DNA of 64,000 nucleotides from Antedon mediterranea (lineage: Eukaryota; Animalia; Echinodermata), in contig NC_092674.1 in the NCBI RefSeq assembly GCF_964355755.1, forward strand, positions 6,200,001 to 6,264,000. Reading direction: 5' to 3'. The position numbers and the translations under genes were made by a program. Below the pieces are notes generated by a model. The model saw nothing but the letters and a program-made list of their open reading frames with translations. It was not told the DNA's origin and did no database searches. This document shows positions 29,326-43,900 of this stretch, in pieces (the first letter of the stretch is position 1; every line of letters begins with the position of its first letter).

Positions 29326-30272
29326 ATTATTTTTTTAGCGTTTTTATATTGCGTTTTAAATTATATCGTAACTATGTTTCTAAGCTCAGGAAAACAAATA
29401 ATATGTATGTAATAATGTGACAATAAATTGAATCTTGAATCAGAGCTTTCATATTTACATGCAAGGAGCTTAAAAATTGAAATACTAGTGTTGTACAGTA
29501 GATATATTATTAATATGATATAGAAATAATATTATAATACATTATTTCAATTAAATAGGCTACCACAGCTAATGACATTTTATCGTGTTTGACGTTTGGT
29601 TAATGTTTGTTAAATCAATATTTTCTGCTATTTCTTCGTAAATTCTATTGTTTAACCAGAGTTGGAAACAGATACTGTATTAACATTGAAATCGAAAAAA
29701 AAAAATCATAAATTGAGAGAAAAACATCAGTTTATAATGTATTTTTTATTTATTAAATTCAAACCATAAGGATATTATAATATATATTTACAGACAAAAG
29801 TCTATTAAATATATAATTATATTCTCAAGGTTTTCTCTAATGAAATGTTTATTTATTCAATATTATTGCAGAACCAATAAAAGTTCTTCCTTATGGATAC
29901 TGTAGATTAAACAATATTAAGCTGTATTATATTATATGTGGGTACTTTCAATGATGTTTATATAAAGATACATCTTTGGGAACAAGTGTCCCCTAATTAA
30001 AGAGATTTTCCCTGAAAAGTGGTTGGTCATATATTGTCGCTCATTGGTTTTCCTGAAAGTGTCCTCTTAATAGAGGTGTCCCTGAATAGAGGGGTGTCTC
30101 AATGGATAAGTTAAACTTTACTTGAACTCATTAAGAACAGTATTAAAACCGCTATTTTAAGCTTAGAGTTTGCAAACTTTCTTTTTCGTTTTGTACGCTT
30201 GTTGATATGGATGACATTTCCGAAATAAAAGAAATTGAATTAAATTGAAAAGGACACCTTTAGGACCCAGAT

Positions 30273-30747
30273 AAATGTCCCCTTAATAGAGGTTGTGGTA
30301 TTAAAACAAAGAAAGGAGGACATCTTTAGGAACTAGCAAAATGTCCCCTTAATAGAGGTTGTGGTATTAAAACAAAGACAGGAGGACTCTTTAGGAACTA
30401 GCAAAATGTCCCCTTAATAGAGGTTGTGGTATTAAAACAAAGAAAGGAGGACATCCTTAGGAACTAACAAAATGTCCCCTTAATAGAGGTTGTGGTATTA
30501 AAACAAAGAAAGGAGGACATCTTTAGGAACTAGCAAAATGTCCCCTTAATAGAGGTTGTGGTATTAAAACAAAGAAAGGAGGACATCTTTAGGAACTAAC
30601 AAAATGTCCCCTTAATAGAGGTTGTGGTATTAAAACAAAGACAGGACTCTTTAGGAACTAGCAAAATGTCCCCTTAATAGAGGTTGTGGTATTAAAACAA
30701 AGACAGGAGGACTCTTTAGGACCTAGCAAAATGTCCCCTTAATAGAG
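30273..30747. repeat. ~65-bp minisatellite, ~7 copies
   Basis: AAATGTCCCCTTAATAGAGGTTGTGGTATTAAAACAAAGAAAGGAGGACATCTTTAGGAACTAGCA unit. Confidence 0.95.
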
Positions 30748-31191
30748 TGGTCCCTTGAATAGCGGTTGGCCATATATTTGTTTCTTTCTCCTTAATAGAG
30801 TATGTATAAGAGAATAATGTAAACGTATACTGTAAAGGAATTCCCTAATCACAAATTGTACATCAACATACAGTGTACAAATCATAGATTTGAATTTGTT
30901 AAATTACGTGCTGCTATACCGAAGTAAAAGAAAAGTCATTAGCAGAATCAGCTGCACATGCTGGTAATTGATTGCCATGATTTCAAGCACCGTTAAAAAA
31001 TATGTCCTTGTACAGCTTGCGGTTAAGTTAGACGGATGCGCTGTATCGCTAACAAACAGAACATGATCAGGTTTAGTACAAAATTAGTAGTCAGAAAACA
31101 GAATTGATATCATCATAGATAGTACAACGATTTGATTTATACTACACATGAAGTTAAATATTGTAATATTATATAGATAGATGTATGGTTA

Positions 31192-31359
31192 AGCTCTGTC
31201 TACACCATCCAACTGTACTGTAGTTTGACAAAAAAGTGTGATGTGTCGAAATATGGTAGTGATATGCTCAAATAATGGTAGTGATATGACATTATCATGT
31301 CCATATATGGGCACATCACATTTTTTTTGTCAAACTAGTTTGATAGTGTAGACAGAGCA
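31192..31359. mobile_element. MITE family A copy, full length
   Basis: Both TIRs present (AGCTCTGTCTACAC...GTGTAGACAGAGC). Confidence 0.85.
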
Positions 31360-31819
31360 TCAGGTTAGACAGATACGCTGTATCGCTATACAAACAGGAC
31401 GTGATCAGGTACAACAGAATTGAATCATCGTAGTATACTAGAAATAGTATTAAGGTTTTTCTGATTTACTACACATAAAGCTAAATGTTGTAATGTTATA
31501 TAGATGTAAAGTTAGTTTGTAGGCTGTTCTGTTGTATACTGTATTTTGTTGAAGTAGATCTGACATTTTCTTGGGGGACACAATTGCAGCAAGCTCATTT
31601 GAGTGTTTTATTTTATCTACTCTATATTGCGTATTTCATGTATATTGGGGTTTTTTGTGTGTGTTATAATAGAATATTTTTATATGAATAAAGAATATTT
31701 TATTTGATTTAAAGATAAAGCATTTCACATCATTACGCTTTATATTTATGAATATTATTTTAAAAATATATTAAAAAGTATTGTGAATCCAGATTGTGCC
31801 TGCCTCATTCCCAATTTTA

Positions 31820-31972
31820 AGATTGGCTCCCACTAGGATGTAACGTAATGTAGGACCTAATTTGACCAATCACAAGTAATGGATTATCCGGACTTTTGCC
31901 TTATCATTGGCCAACTTGCATACAATACATTGTGTTTATGTCCTTGTGCTTTGGTCTAGTGTGAACTCAGCT
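31820..31972. mobile_element. Degenerate MITE family B copy
   Basis: ATTGGCTCCCACTAGGATGTAACG...TTGACCAATCACAAG...CTAGTGTGAACTCAGCT. Confidence 0.65.
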
Positions 31973-34913
31973 TTAAAATGTAATGGTTGTACAGTAATTA
32001 AATGGGTTTTTTTAAAATGTGAATCTAGTTGAGATTTGACTCCAGCTCTTAAATTTGTTATATATAAAAGTTATTCACAATGAATTTCGATGTAACGATC
32101 CCTACCTTGTATAGAACATTGCTATTACCTGTACAGTAGTACATCATTTTCAAACATCATTAAATCGCAGTATAATTTATTCACCTACTATTGATGGCTA
32201 TGAAAAATCATATTAATAAATTATTTCAGTTTTAAGTCGTACACGCGTCCGCTAAAGTTGTATTTCAATTTGGGACTAACTAATTTCTAGTAGTAAATCT
32301 GTCAGTAACGCACACTCAATTCATATATGGCGCTCGAAATTGCTCGTAGAAACATGATTTACCGTTTTCAATTATTGCGACATCAATTATTCAGGCATCG
32401 TGCCGCTTTAATAACCCAAATCATTGATCAATTTTAACACTGTATGCTTTCTGTGACTGTTGATGATTTTAGGGCAATAAAAACGACATAAATCCTTTCA
32501 AAAATTCTTTTATGGTAATTAAAATGTGCATTCCAAATTTGGTGTTAATAGATATAAATTTTCATTTCTATGGGGCTTTAACAAGTTCTTTACATCTCGA
32601 GTTAGTCTAGGTTCTAACTAAATTTACTAATAATATTTGTAAAAATATAAATATTATGGCATTTAAAAACGTAATTCTGACTGGTGAACCTAAAAAAAAC
32701 AATAATTAGAGAGAGAGGAAAAAAGTAATTTGATACATCATGCTTTGGACACCTTGTGGTAAACAGTATTATATGATAATATGTTTATTTTTACAGTGCA
32801 ACTGGGCACCATGTTATCATGACAATATATTTTCAAAAGCTTGTTCATTTTTAAGAAAAACAATTGAAACCTAGAAATTATTATTAGTATTAAATATCAT
32901 GGCTTAGCATTCATAACAGTAGCATATGTATTAATACAGTATTAAAAAAAATTAACTTTTACAATTAGTACAATAATATTGTGTATCATTTTTTTTCAAG
33001 CATGATCAGGCCGCGTTGATTGAATTCCCAATTCCCTAGTGACGTACGAAGTCTTGGAAGAAGAGATGTTAATTAAAAACACAATTGAATTTCTTCAAAA
33101 CTGAGTTCATGCAAAGGTTTCTCGGAAATATATTTTGTAGGTTCCTCAAATTGCTCTTGCTCTTAACGGTACAACAAAGTTTAATTGATTAAAACCGACA
33201 GTATTACAGTGTGTACATTGAACTATACATGGTTTGTACAATGTTTGAAATTCAGAAAAGGTTGTCATGCCATACCCATAATTGCATAGTTATTTTACGA
33301 AGGCAAACTAATTTATTGATCATTTTCGTTTTGAGACAGTATTATTTTGGAAAATTGCTATGACAATATCTAAAACTAAAAGGAATTTATTTATTTATTT
33401 ATTTTATTTCAATAATATTTTACGAGGGTGGTTTGAAGCTGATCATTAGGGACCCTCACAAAAATACATAAACATGTAATAATAATAATTAAATAAAAAT
33501 AAATAAGCACAAACAATTTACAATAAAAAAATAAATGAATTCAATTAAATTGGCCCTCTCAGAAGAAAAAAAGGGAAAAGGAAGCAACTAAACAAGAAGA
33601 TGGTTCTTGAGCAGAAATTTATTTTGTTACACTTTCTAATTTAAAGTAGACTACTAAATACTTAGTTATTGAATAGTGTACCTTTCCCATCTGCCGTTTT
33701 ACCATGTACAGTATACTACCACCTTTATTTTCAGTATGTGCCACACATGACAATCAAACCACACACTTTAAGTCTGTAGCCAACAAATCTCCCCTTTCCC
33801 AAAGTGCCCTTTTCAACTAGAGGACAGCAGCGGATGTAGGCCTAGTAGATTGTGACAATTTGTGCTCCTTTTTTGAAAAACTGAACCCCCTGTAAAAATC
33901 CTGGCTACAGGCTTGTACACTTACAAACACGGCTTCAGTGAAGAACAACCATGTCTTGATCTGGGCCTCCGTGATTAAATAAAAGTTGAATTAAACAACT
34001 AAATTAGTTTTGTTTCAATGTTTTTAAGAAAATGAATAAAATGCTATCATGTAATTTCTGTGAAGGTGAAAATAATATTGCCAGGTCTTGTAATTAGTTG
34101 AATTGAATATTTTAATAATAAGGTTATAAATAATAGTTTACCATCATTATATTCACAATAATCAATAAATGCTCATCTTAATTATACTGTATTGCTCATA
34201 CAATGTGTTTACTAGATTTCATGAATTTTAAGTCAATTTAGTGTTCAGAGTTCATTGCAATCATGTCTAATTTATATCGCTTCAATGAGATTCAAATTTA
34301 TTTTCAAAAGAATTTTGAAAAAAAATGTTAAGAAAAAAGATTATTATTATTTTGAATTAAATTAAATACAGGAAGAAAGACTGAAACAAAATGACATGCA
34401 CATGTGAAGTTCTCCATCTAGCAGTGTGGACATATATGACGAGGACTGACACATAAATGTTATATTTGATACACATTTTTTAAATTGTTATTTAAATATT
34501 GATGCTTGACTCAGAGGCTACTCTTTGAAAGGTAAAAATCTGTGACGTACTGCATATGACTCTGTGGTGTGATACTAGGGGTGTTGCCACCAGTACGGTA
34601 GATAAGGATTCAATCAGAGACCACTTTTTGGCAGAAGCCTTTGACAACCCCATGGCCCACACAGGGGATTGTTCCTTCTTGTTGCGAAACCGCACAAATT
34701 TAATTCTCGTGGCTACGGTACTGGATATTCATCCTTTAAGAGGTCACAGGTTTCAAATTTAAAACATTGTTGAAGACTCAACTATCATTAAATATCAGAT
34801 GTTTTAATGACTATTCATTTCTCTTATTCCTAGTACTTCTGACGGAGGAATGTTTTGCAGTTGTGGCATAGTGACCCTAGTGTCTTGACCTTTGATATCG
34901 CTTCGTATACTTC

Positions 34914-37900
34914 ATGGATAGGCATTCTCGCTCTGTCGCTCTTGAGAAGAAACATGTCCACGATGTCTACGATAAGATTGCACCGCATTTCAGTGACACA
35001 CGATACAAGGCATGGCCAAAGGTCAAAGGTTTTATTGAGGGACTGGAACCAGGGAGTCTTATAGCTGATGTTGGTAGGAAGTTTTTGTGTTATATAATTT
35101 TCATGGATGTAATTGTGTTTAGGATGAGGTGGTCAGAGACACCCAACCTAAGATATTTTGTAGGCATTTCGCATAGCTTTACAATTATTGAAAAGTACTG
35201 ATATATTTTTTTATACCCTTACCCTTTAAAGTGCCAGAACAGGTGTGAAAGATGCACTTTGACAGACTATATTTGAAAAATACTGTAACATCCTCTAATT
35301 AAAAAAAACAGTTCAATGCTCCAGGAAATTGAGACTACTTTCTACTTTTCTTTGGTGTTCTAGGCCAGGCCCGCCATAAATTGTGGGTTTCATTGTGCAT
35401 GATTCTTCTGGCATAGATTGGAACACTCCCATGGTGTTATACTTGAATTAAGCCTGGTGTCTGAAACCGAATATAGAGGGTGTGATTATCTGTAATGTAC
35501 AGCTTTGGTATACTACATCTCTGATTATATTCTTAATATAAAATTATTCCATTAGTAATTACTATCAACTATATTGAAAATGCCAACTAGTACAATATCC
35601 AGTACACTCTATTAATCTCTGACAATGAAAAGCTCATATTTAATGATATAATGATATGCCAGATGTTACAATGCTAAAGTATTAGAAATAATTATAGCCA
35701 AGATCAGCATGATTTTAGAATAGAAAAAATCCATGCTTTACAAAACATTGGCCACGTTTATTTTTTAATGAAATATCATTTTATTGTACTGTAGCTACAA
35801 ATTGATCTACCCGCATGTTTAGGGTTGGTCTACAACATCCAGGATTTGAAGTTCATCTGAATCTTTAAAAAAAAATACAATACATTTTTCATAGAAGGAA
35901 ACAATAAATGTGAAAGTACAGTAGAGAATTGCAAATCATCTACTGCTATTTTCCTATGTATCATGACACTTTTGACTAGAGATAATTAAATGACGTATTG
36001 ATTGCCTACTTTAAGGTGTCCAGTACTTGCATAGTAGTGTGAAATCTCTGTTGCGTGAGCTTACATTACAATAAAAGGTATTCATGCCTAGCTTACCCGG
36101 ATAAACCAGTATAGGCCTTTTCCACTTCAACTCGAAAAGTAACAACAAATTTGAACACCTTCAAGATAATGGAACTTTCCGAAATATCATGCAGAAGATT
36201 CTTGTTTTGGCTGTTTTCACATCTTTCTTCATGGTGGTACATTCTCATAATCATTGACTTTGTGAGTACATTAGGACCTCTATTAATGGGACGCCATCAG
36301 GACTTAACAGTCCTAAGTTTCCACTATTTTTGTAGAAATAAATCTTGTCTTTAAAAAAAAAAAAAAAATTATGTTACAAGATTTAATAACTTCAGACTTT
36401 ATTAATTTTACCAGAGGTGAAGTACTCAAAACATTTATGACAATTTGGCTCTTAACCATTTTAAACTAATGATAGCCAGGTAGTAGACAAGATGTCTAGC
36501 TATTTCAATTAATTTCTGTCATCAGGTAAACGAGAGAGAAGCAGGTATATTAGGGCATAAATAGGCGAATTAGGGACTCGTAGCTATGGCCTAATAGCAG
36601 CTAATAGAATCTTTTTATATACTCGTTGATATTGTTGAATTACTCGCTGCCGGGAATGATCTTTCTTGTCAAAGTGCAACGAGTGCTTACAGTATTTTGA
36701 TTCATCTAGCAAAGCATTATAAAGCAATAGTGTAAGATACAACTGAACATGCTCACAAACTAATCGGAAATGTGGTAGCTTTCATGAAAACCCCAATTTC
36801 TTATTTTTGCAATAATGATTACAACTTCTTTTTGTAGTGTGGTAAAATAAAGTATAAGAATAAAAATATTGTAACTATTATTAATTTAAATAAAAACAAA
36901 ATTTGTTTGCTAGTAATAATCTTATATTCATACAATATCAATATTATGTATTTATTATTATATAACTAATAAGAAATTGAGATAGAGAGAGAGTTTGTTA
37001 AGTTTGTTTGTTATACAAATTTTGCCTCATTGTAAACAGCATGCATCTAAAGACGTGTTTGTTAGAGTTGGAAGTTTTTATTACTAAATTTGAACTGGGG
37101 AGGGGTTGGGAATGGGTGTTATTAATTTCAATTGTACCAGGGAGTTGTCAACTCCCTGATTGTACTAAGGTTTTAAACTACCTTAAAACAGCCCGTAGTT
37201 GAGTTGGGATACCCAATCTGGGGCAGGTATCGTTTCTAGTACTGTAGTACAGTAAATAATTCTGATTACAAAAAAAATTCTAATTAATTTCAGAAAAACT
37301 GTGAACAATGGTTTTAAAGTGAAGTTACATAACTGTATAGTAGCGGAAGACATCTAATAAAGAAAACATATTTTTAGTTTGACAAACATACTTTAATATT
37401 ACGTAAAGTTGATTAATATTTAAAAATGACCTTTTGCTTTATTCCCAGTGTGATAAACATGTCTTTCAATACAATACAATTTTCCAATCTACCGATGACT
37501 CGATGCACGATTTCAAACCTTGAATATTTCTGCATGTACGACTTCAGTATAAACATTATTAAAAGTGATTGGTTTATTCTGCCGTCTTACTTTTACCGTC
37601 ATCTAGAACTAATCTAGCATCTCCAATTTTGTCTCAACTAAATTTTTTTCCAACAGGGATGGCTCAAATTAGAAATTCCATTAAAATGGAATCTAATTAG
37701 AAAAACGATTTGTCTGTGAATTTATCGTAACTTACTCTCTAGCTAAGCAATAGGCCGCACACAGACATAATTAATTGGAACTTTTGTTTTATGAGCAAGG
37801 CTTAATACATTTATCACTTTATGTTCCAACATAAAGCACTATTGCCTAGTTTTCTTGTTTATATGAACTATGGTAAGAGTAACACACCTACTTTTAAATG

Positions 37901-40900
37901 ATTTCAATACTATTGTATTTATAAAGCCCTATTTCTAGTGCAATATTAAAATAAAAACAAAACGGTAGGCATTAGTATATTGCAAAGTTGCCATTAAAAC
38001 AATTGTTTTTTCATTTGTGTTTTTTTTAATTTAAACCATAAATGTGGGGGTATGCCATTCAATCTCTTCGGTCCAGAAACAAAAATTAAATATTCGCAAA
38101 CGTTAAGCCGAGTTCTACTCAGGAATCGAATAATGTATGTTTTGACATTTAAAGACAACGCTGGATTCGCAGGCAATACCAAATCAATTCAGATTCTGCC
38201 AAAAAAAAAATCCTCTACAGAACGAACATTTTATTGTCTCTGAGATCTATATTTTAGCTGGATATTTACATTATTAATTGTATTAAATGAATTTCGGGCA
38301 ACATCAGTTGGGCATAAATCCTTGTAATATACAGTACAGAATTCATAAATTACGAAATACCAACCAATGAACCAAGTTAAATTACAACTCCGAATTTAAA
38401 AATTCTACTCGTAATATGATGTAGTTGTTCTGTGTTAACAAGTTGTTTATGTTTATAAAGATAGATAGTAGGCCTACTATTATGGACTGTCTTGAAAATT
38501 TAGTAATAATAATAATATTTTAAGAATGGTCAATTTGTGCTAATATGTAAAATCTTTTTACCAATCTTTATTAATTTAATAATGTTAAATCACGAAAGAG
38601 AAAAAAAAAATGTTGTAGAATTCATATAGCGCTTATAACAATCATCAGATTGTCCCCATTGTTTCAAAAAACGTTGCTAGAATATGAACCTTCAATTGAA
38701 TCTTGAGAAGATTGTTGCAGAGTTTCGGAGCTGCTGAATCACCCACTAGAACCTACACTGCATCAATGCTATCACAATTATATTTTATATCAAAAGAATA
38801 GAATTTGTAAATCCTAAGTTGCCCTTTAATTCTTAAGATTCAATTCTGAGAAGATGACGATTGTATCGTAAAATGTGTTTGTTATTCAGATTAAATTGCT
38901 CTTTAAATACTGTATAAATATTTGCTTTTATGTTATGTTAATTTTGAATTTTCTCCTTAAAGCTGGTTGAAGTGCTTTGCCTGAAATGTCAACACTTTGG
39001 TAATGGGGTAATGCAGTGACAATGTAAGGCTCTGTCTACACCATCAAACTTTATGAGATGTGCCCATATATGGACATGATGATGTCATATCACTACTATA
39101 TTTAGGCATATCACTACCATATTTGGTCACATCACACTTTTTCGTCAAACTTGATAGTGTAGATATAGCTTTACTCACAAGATAACAATTGGGTGCCTGT
39201 TGATTGATTGACTACCGTAGTTGGCCTTTATTTTCATCTTAAAACTACTGGTAGTTTTAAGATTTGTACTGAAAATGGTCAGAACAACTTTAAGCTCCCA
39301 TCGGGACAGACCTTTTCAAGTATAGTTACCTAGCGTAATGTTTGGTTGCCATGAGACCTCGTGGGCAACTTGTTTTGCGAGCACTGAGATCCCCATGGCT
39401 AACTTAATCCGAAATGTTACAGAATAATTGTAACACATTTTGCACATGGATGCATGTTTTTTGAAGCGAAAAAAAATTAGAAATATGTGCATGGTAATTA
39501 TTAGAGCAATGTATACTTACTATTAATATCTGGATCGATGCAAGAAAATGTCATGTGTATTTGTTTTTGTTCGCCGGCAAATGGAGTCATTAGCAATTAG
39601 CAACATTTCTATTTTCTAAGATAGAAGAAGTACAGTAGGCTACTTATGTTATGACCTCTGCGAAAATTAATTTTTATTATATGCATAAGAAATATTTAAC
39701 TATGGAAAATAAAAAACTGGATTGTCATTGTCATGATTCTACTGTTAGGGACATTTTCCAGTGAAACAAACGGTGAGATGTATTATTTTTTAACACACGC
39801 TTAACAGTGATGTAGTCACAAAAAATAAAGTGGTCCGGTTTTCACAAGAAAGGGAACAATCTCTGTTCAAGCCACTGGGTTGTCAAAGGCCTCTGTGAAA
39901 AGTGGTCGGATTGAAACCTTACCAACCATACTGGTCGTGACGGCTCTGCTCAATCCTATTCAAGGGAAAATCTCTATTAAGAGGACACTTTGTTGGATGT
40001 CCCCTTAATATAGATTTTACTATAGTGTTATTGTTAACGGGTTTATTTTATTTTTCTGAAATCACCTCTCTTCACATCAAGGTTACACTTCATTTTAAAT
40101 AGGTCACATAGGACCCAATAGCTATACTAACACATTTTTTATATCAACTGAAAATCTAACATTATTTCTTGAGATATTAGATTTCATAACTAATCAATAG
40201 TTTCACGATGTGTAAATATCGGATCTCTAAGGAGAATCTTCGTCAATACTGTTAGTAACTGCATTTGGATTGTCTGTAATTAACTGACCTTTTCAGTATC
40301 TACATTTAAGTTCTTTGACCTAAAAAGACAAAAGGTATTCATCTCCTATTTAGAACATACAATCCCTCCTTGGGAGGCCTACAGCTGATTGTTGTAATAT
40401 CTACAGTTTAATTAAATTAGAACACAAATGAAGGAACCACTGTGGAGTAATCTATTTGTTATTACTGTCGTTTTGTATTTAAGTGTGTATTGATCTGATA
40501 TTGTCTATTATAGAAGTTATCTTCTGATTAGTAATACAGTATAACTATGGAATTAGTAGATGAAAAGGTGTTGGCTCTCATTACTCAAGAGAATAGATAG
40601 GTTATTTATCGCAGTCTTATGTTGTATAGGTTTTTCTTGATAAGAAATTCCGATTTCTGGTAAGTAATTTTGAAAAGCGTGGTTCGACATCCTGAGCTGA
40701 CCTTTGAATACCAAATACCTTGGTGCGAATCCTTTCTGTGATCAAGTACTAGGTTTTGTTTTACAAGCAAATTCCTGGAGCATCATGATTTAGTTCTCAA
40801 ACAACATTTTTTTTTTCTGATAACTTTATTTTTAATGTCAAAGGGATGCAATTATATTTTCAATACTAGTTTATGGAGTATGGCTTAGTACTACTGTAAG

Positions 40901-43900
40901 TTCTAGATTACAATTTGAACATTTTGGCACACATGGCGTTTCATACCTATACTAAGTTGGAATCATCTAATTACAAACAAATATCGAAAACACCTGCTGG
41001 TGATGCTTATAAAGAAATACTAACAAGTTAAAACAATTCAATTTATTCCGGATTTTAAATGAACAATACAAACATTAAAACATACATACGCATGCTGGAT
41101 CCAACAGTGAACTCTATCGCTTTTGATGGGACGTCCCAACCAGCAGTGAGGACGTCCCAACCAGCAGTGAGGACGTCCCAACCAGCAGTGAGGACGCCCG
41201 TCCCAACCAGCAGTGAGGATGTCCCAACCAGCAGTGAGGACGTCCCAACCAGCAGTGAGGACGTCCCAACCAGCAGTGAGGACGTCCCAACCAGCAGTGA
41301 GGACGTCCCAACCAGCAGTGAGGATGTCCCAACCAGCAGTGAGGATGTCCCAACCAGCAGTGAGGACGTCCCAACCAGCAGTGAGGACGCCCGTCCCAAC
41401 CAGCAGTGAGGATGTCCCAACCAGCAGTGAGGACGTCCCAACCAGCAGTGAGGACGTCCCAACCAGCAGTGAGGACGTCCCAACCAGCAGTGAGGACGTC
41501 CCAACCAGCAGTGAGGACGTCCCAACCAGCAGTGAGGACGTCCCAACCAGCAGTGAGGACGTCCCAACCAGCAGTGAGGATGTCCCAACCAGCAGTGAAT
41601 GAATATAATACTAAGAAATATTATGAAAATAACAAATTTATTTTCTTTTTTCTTTTTTGACAGGATGTGGCAATGGGAAGTATTTGCACATTAATCCGTC
41701 CATATACAAATTAGGATCAGACTGTTGTTCCAGGTTGACACAGATCGCACAGCAAAGAGGACACAATGTTCTAGTTTGTGACAATATCAATCTACCGTAC
41801 AGAAGCGGCAGCTGTGATGCAGTCATCTCCATCGCCGTGATCCATCACTTTGCTACAGTGGAACGACGAGTTAAGGCACTGCAGGAGCTAGCTAGAATAA
41901 CAAGACCTGGTGGAAGGGTGATGGTTTGTGTCTGGGCACTTGAACAGAGTCACCGAAAGGTAATGAAATAATCTCAGTTGCGGATCCAAGGGGAGCCCAG
42001 TCGGCCCGGGCCCCTTACATTTCTCAATTCATAATGCAAAAGATAAGACATCAAATTAAGCTAACCCTTCATTTTGCCATTTTTAGACCCCGGGCCCCCT
42101 ATTTCAAAATTCTGGATCCGCCACTGAATCTCATGATTTATGGGTTATGGCACAGGCCAAATATATCCACAAGATGTGTGACACTTCAGGACTTGAACCC
42201 AGAATCATGCAATCAGTAGCCGAGATACAAATCCACTCCAAATGATGAAAAGTAGTAGTATGATAGATAAGTACAAAATAAAAAGTTTACTTGACATGGC
42301 AAGCATACTCACAGTGTTACTTACCTATCATATTTACAAATTCTTTATTTAATTAATACATTTTGCAGAACTGTTTTTTTTTTAAGATTCCTATTTCAGA
42401 ATGTTAATTGAGTTTCATAAATGTATTCTGACAAAATTAATCAAAAAAGGATATGAATAATTTAGCTTCAAATGCAATATTAGCATATTTTTAATATCGT
42501 TTTTCATGTGTATAGAATACAGATTTACTTGACAGAGAGTAAGCAAGTCCAAGCTATCAGCTAATAGGATATGCCATTTTAAAGCAATGCCCCTGTTCAA
42601 CCATGTACGACTACACCCATACGCAGCAAGTTTGAGTTTAATATCGGTTTACAAATTTCTCATAGTTATTTTCTATTTTACTTTAAATTCTATTAAAATA
42701 CTTTTTTGTTCAATTGTATATTGATAATTATAAAAATAAGCATTAAAAATCTTTTAATAAGTATTAATTTATGACAATATATTAATGTGTTTATTTTCTA
42801 TAATAGTTTGATGCCCAAGATGTGCTTGTGCCCTGGCATTTCCAACCACGATTAAGAAAGAAACCTGGTAAGTGTTTTTATATATTATTTATGCAGTAAA
42901 ACCCTATTAAGGGGACACTGAAAAAAAGTGTCTCTTTAACAGAATAGGGGTTGGTCGTATTGTTAGTTTACATATGGCTTCTAATAGTTCATTTCAGAGG
43001 AAAAATCTGCACTCTCCTGAAAAGGGGGAAAGAGCCCCCTGAATAGAAGTGTTCTCAGAATAGAGGATTCAAAACAAAGTGTCCCTTTAACAGAATAGGG
43101 AATGACCATCTTGTTTCCTTATATATTACTTCTAGTTCATTTAAAAGGAAAAAAGCACACTTATCAGGTTGTCCCCTAAAAAGGGGGGAAGTGCCTCCTA
43201 AATAAAATAGAGGTGTCCCCAGAATAGTGGATTCCTCTGAATATCAATGTCCCATTAATAGAGGTGTCCCCAGAATAGTGGATTCCTCTGAATATCAATG
43301 TCCCATTAATAGAGGTGTCCCCAGAATAGTGGATTCTTCTGAATATCAATGTCCCATTAATAGAGGTGTCCCCAGAATAGTGGATTCTTCTGAATATCAA
43401 TGTCCCATTAATAGAGGTGTCCCCAGAATAGTGGATTCTTCTGAATATCAATGTCCCATTAATAGAGGTATCCCAAAGGAGGGATTCTACTGTATATCAT
43501 TATGAATTAACATTGGTCTCTATTATTACTAAAAATTGACCTTTTTTTTTCTTAGCAAATTGTGTTGAAAATTCAAGTGAGGTTTGCAGTTCAGGAAGTG
43601 ATGATGATGAACTATTGTACAACTCAAAAAATGTAAAGAAAAAATTGATAAAAAACAATAAAAGCAATAAACAGATTAATGGCAATAAAGAGTTACTACC
43701 GTGTTTGAGCCAACATCAAATATGGCAGCAACACCTGAATTCAGAAACCTTAAAAAGACTCCGAAATGGGCATTCCAGATTGAGTAGAACTTTACAGCGA
43801 GCCACCATACACCAAAGAAGTTCAAGCACGGATGGACGATGTATACTAGAACAGCAAACTAGACATCACGCATTTCAGCAAGGAAAGAAGGTTCGGCATA

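Noticed and set aside
30273-30747. Regularly spaced repeats resembling a CRISPR array
   Set aside because: Spacers are near-identical, no cas genes, eukaryotic context; a minisatellite
34492-34762. Overlapping short ORFs in a moderately GC-rich block upstream of the TRMT9B coding exon
   Set aside because: No recognisable homology or consistent splice signals; could be UTR or regulatory sequence but unsupported
41055-41660. Five repetitive ORFs (GRPHCWL, TSSEDVP, TSQPAVR)
   Set aside because: Products of a stop-free 21-bp minisatellite inside a TRMT9B intron; +4-nt variants break frame
43176-43505. Repetitive ORFs on both strands
   Set aside because: 51-bp array within a MITE in a TRMT9B intron
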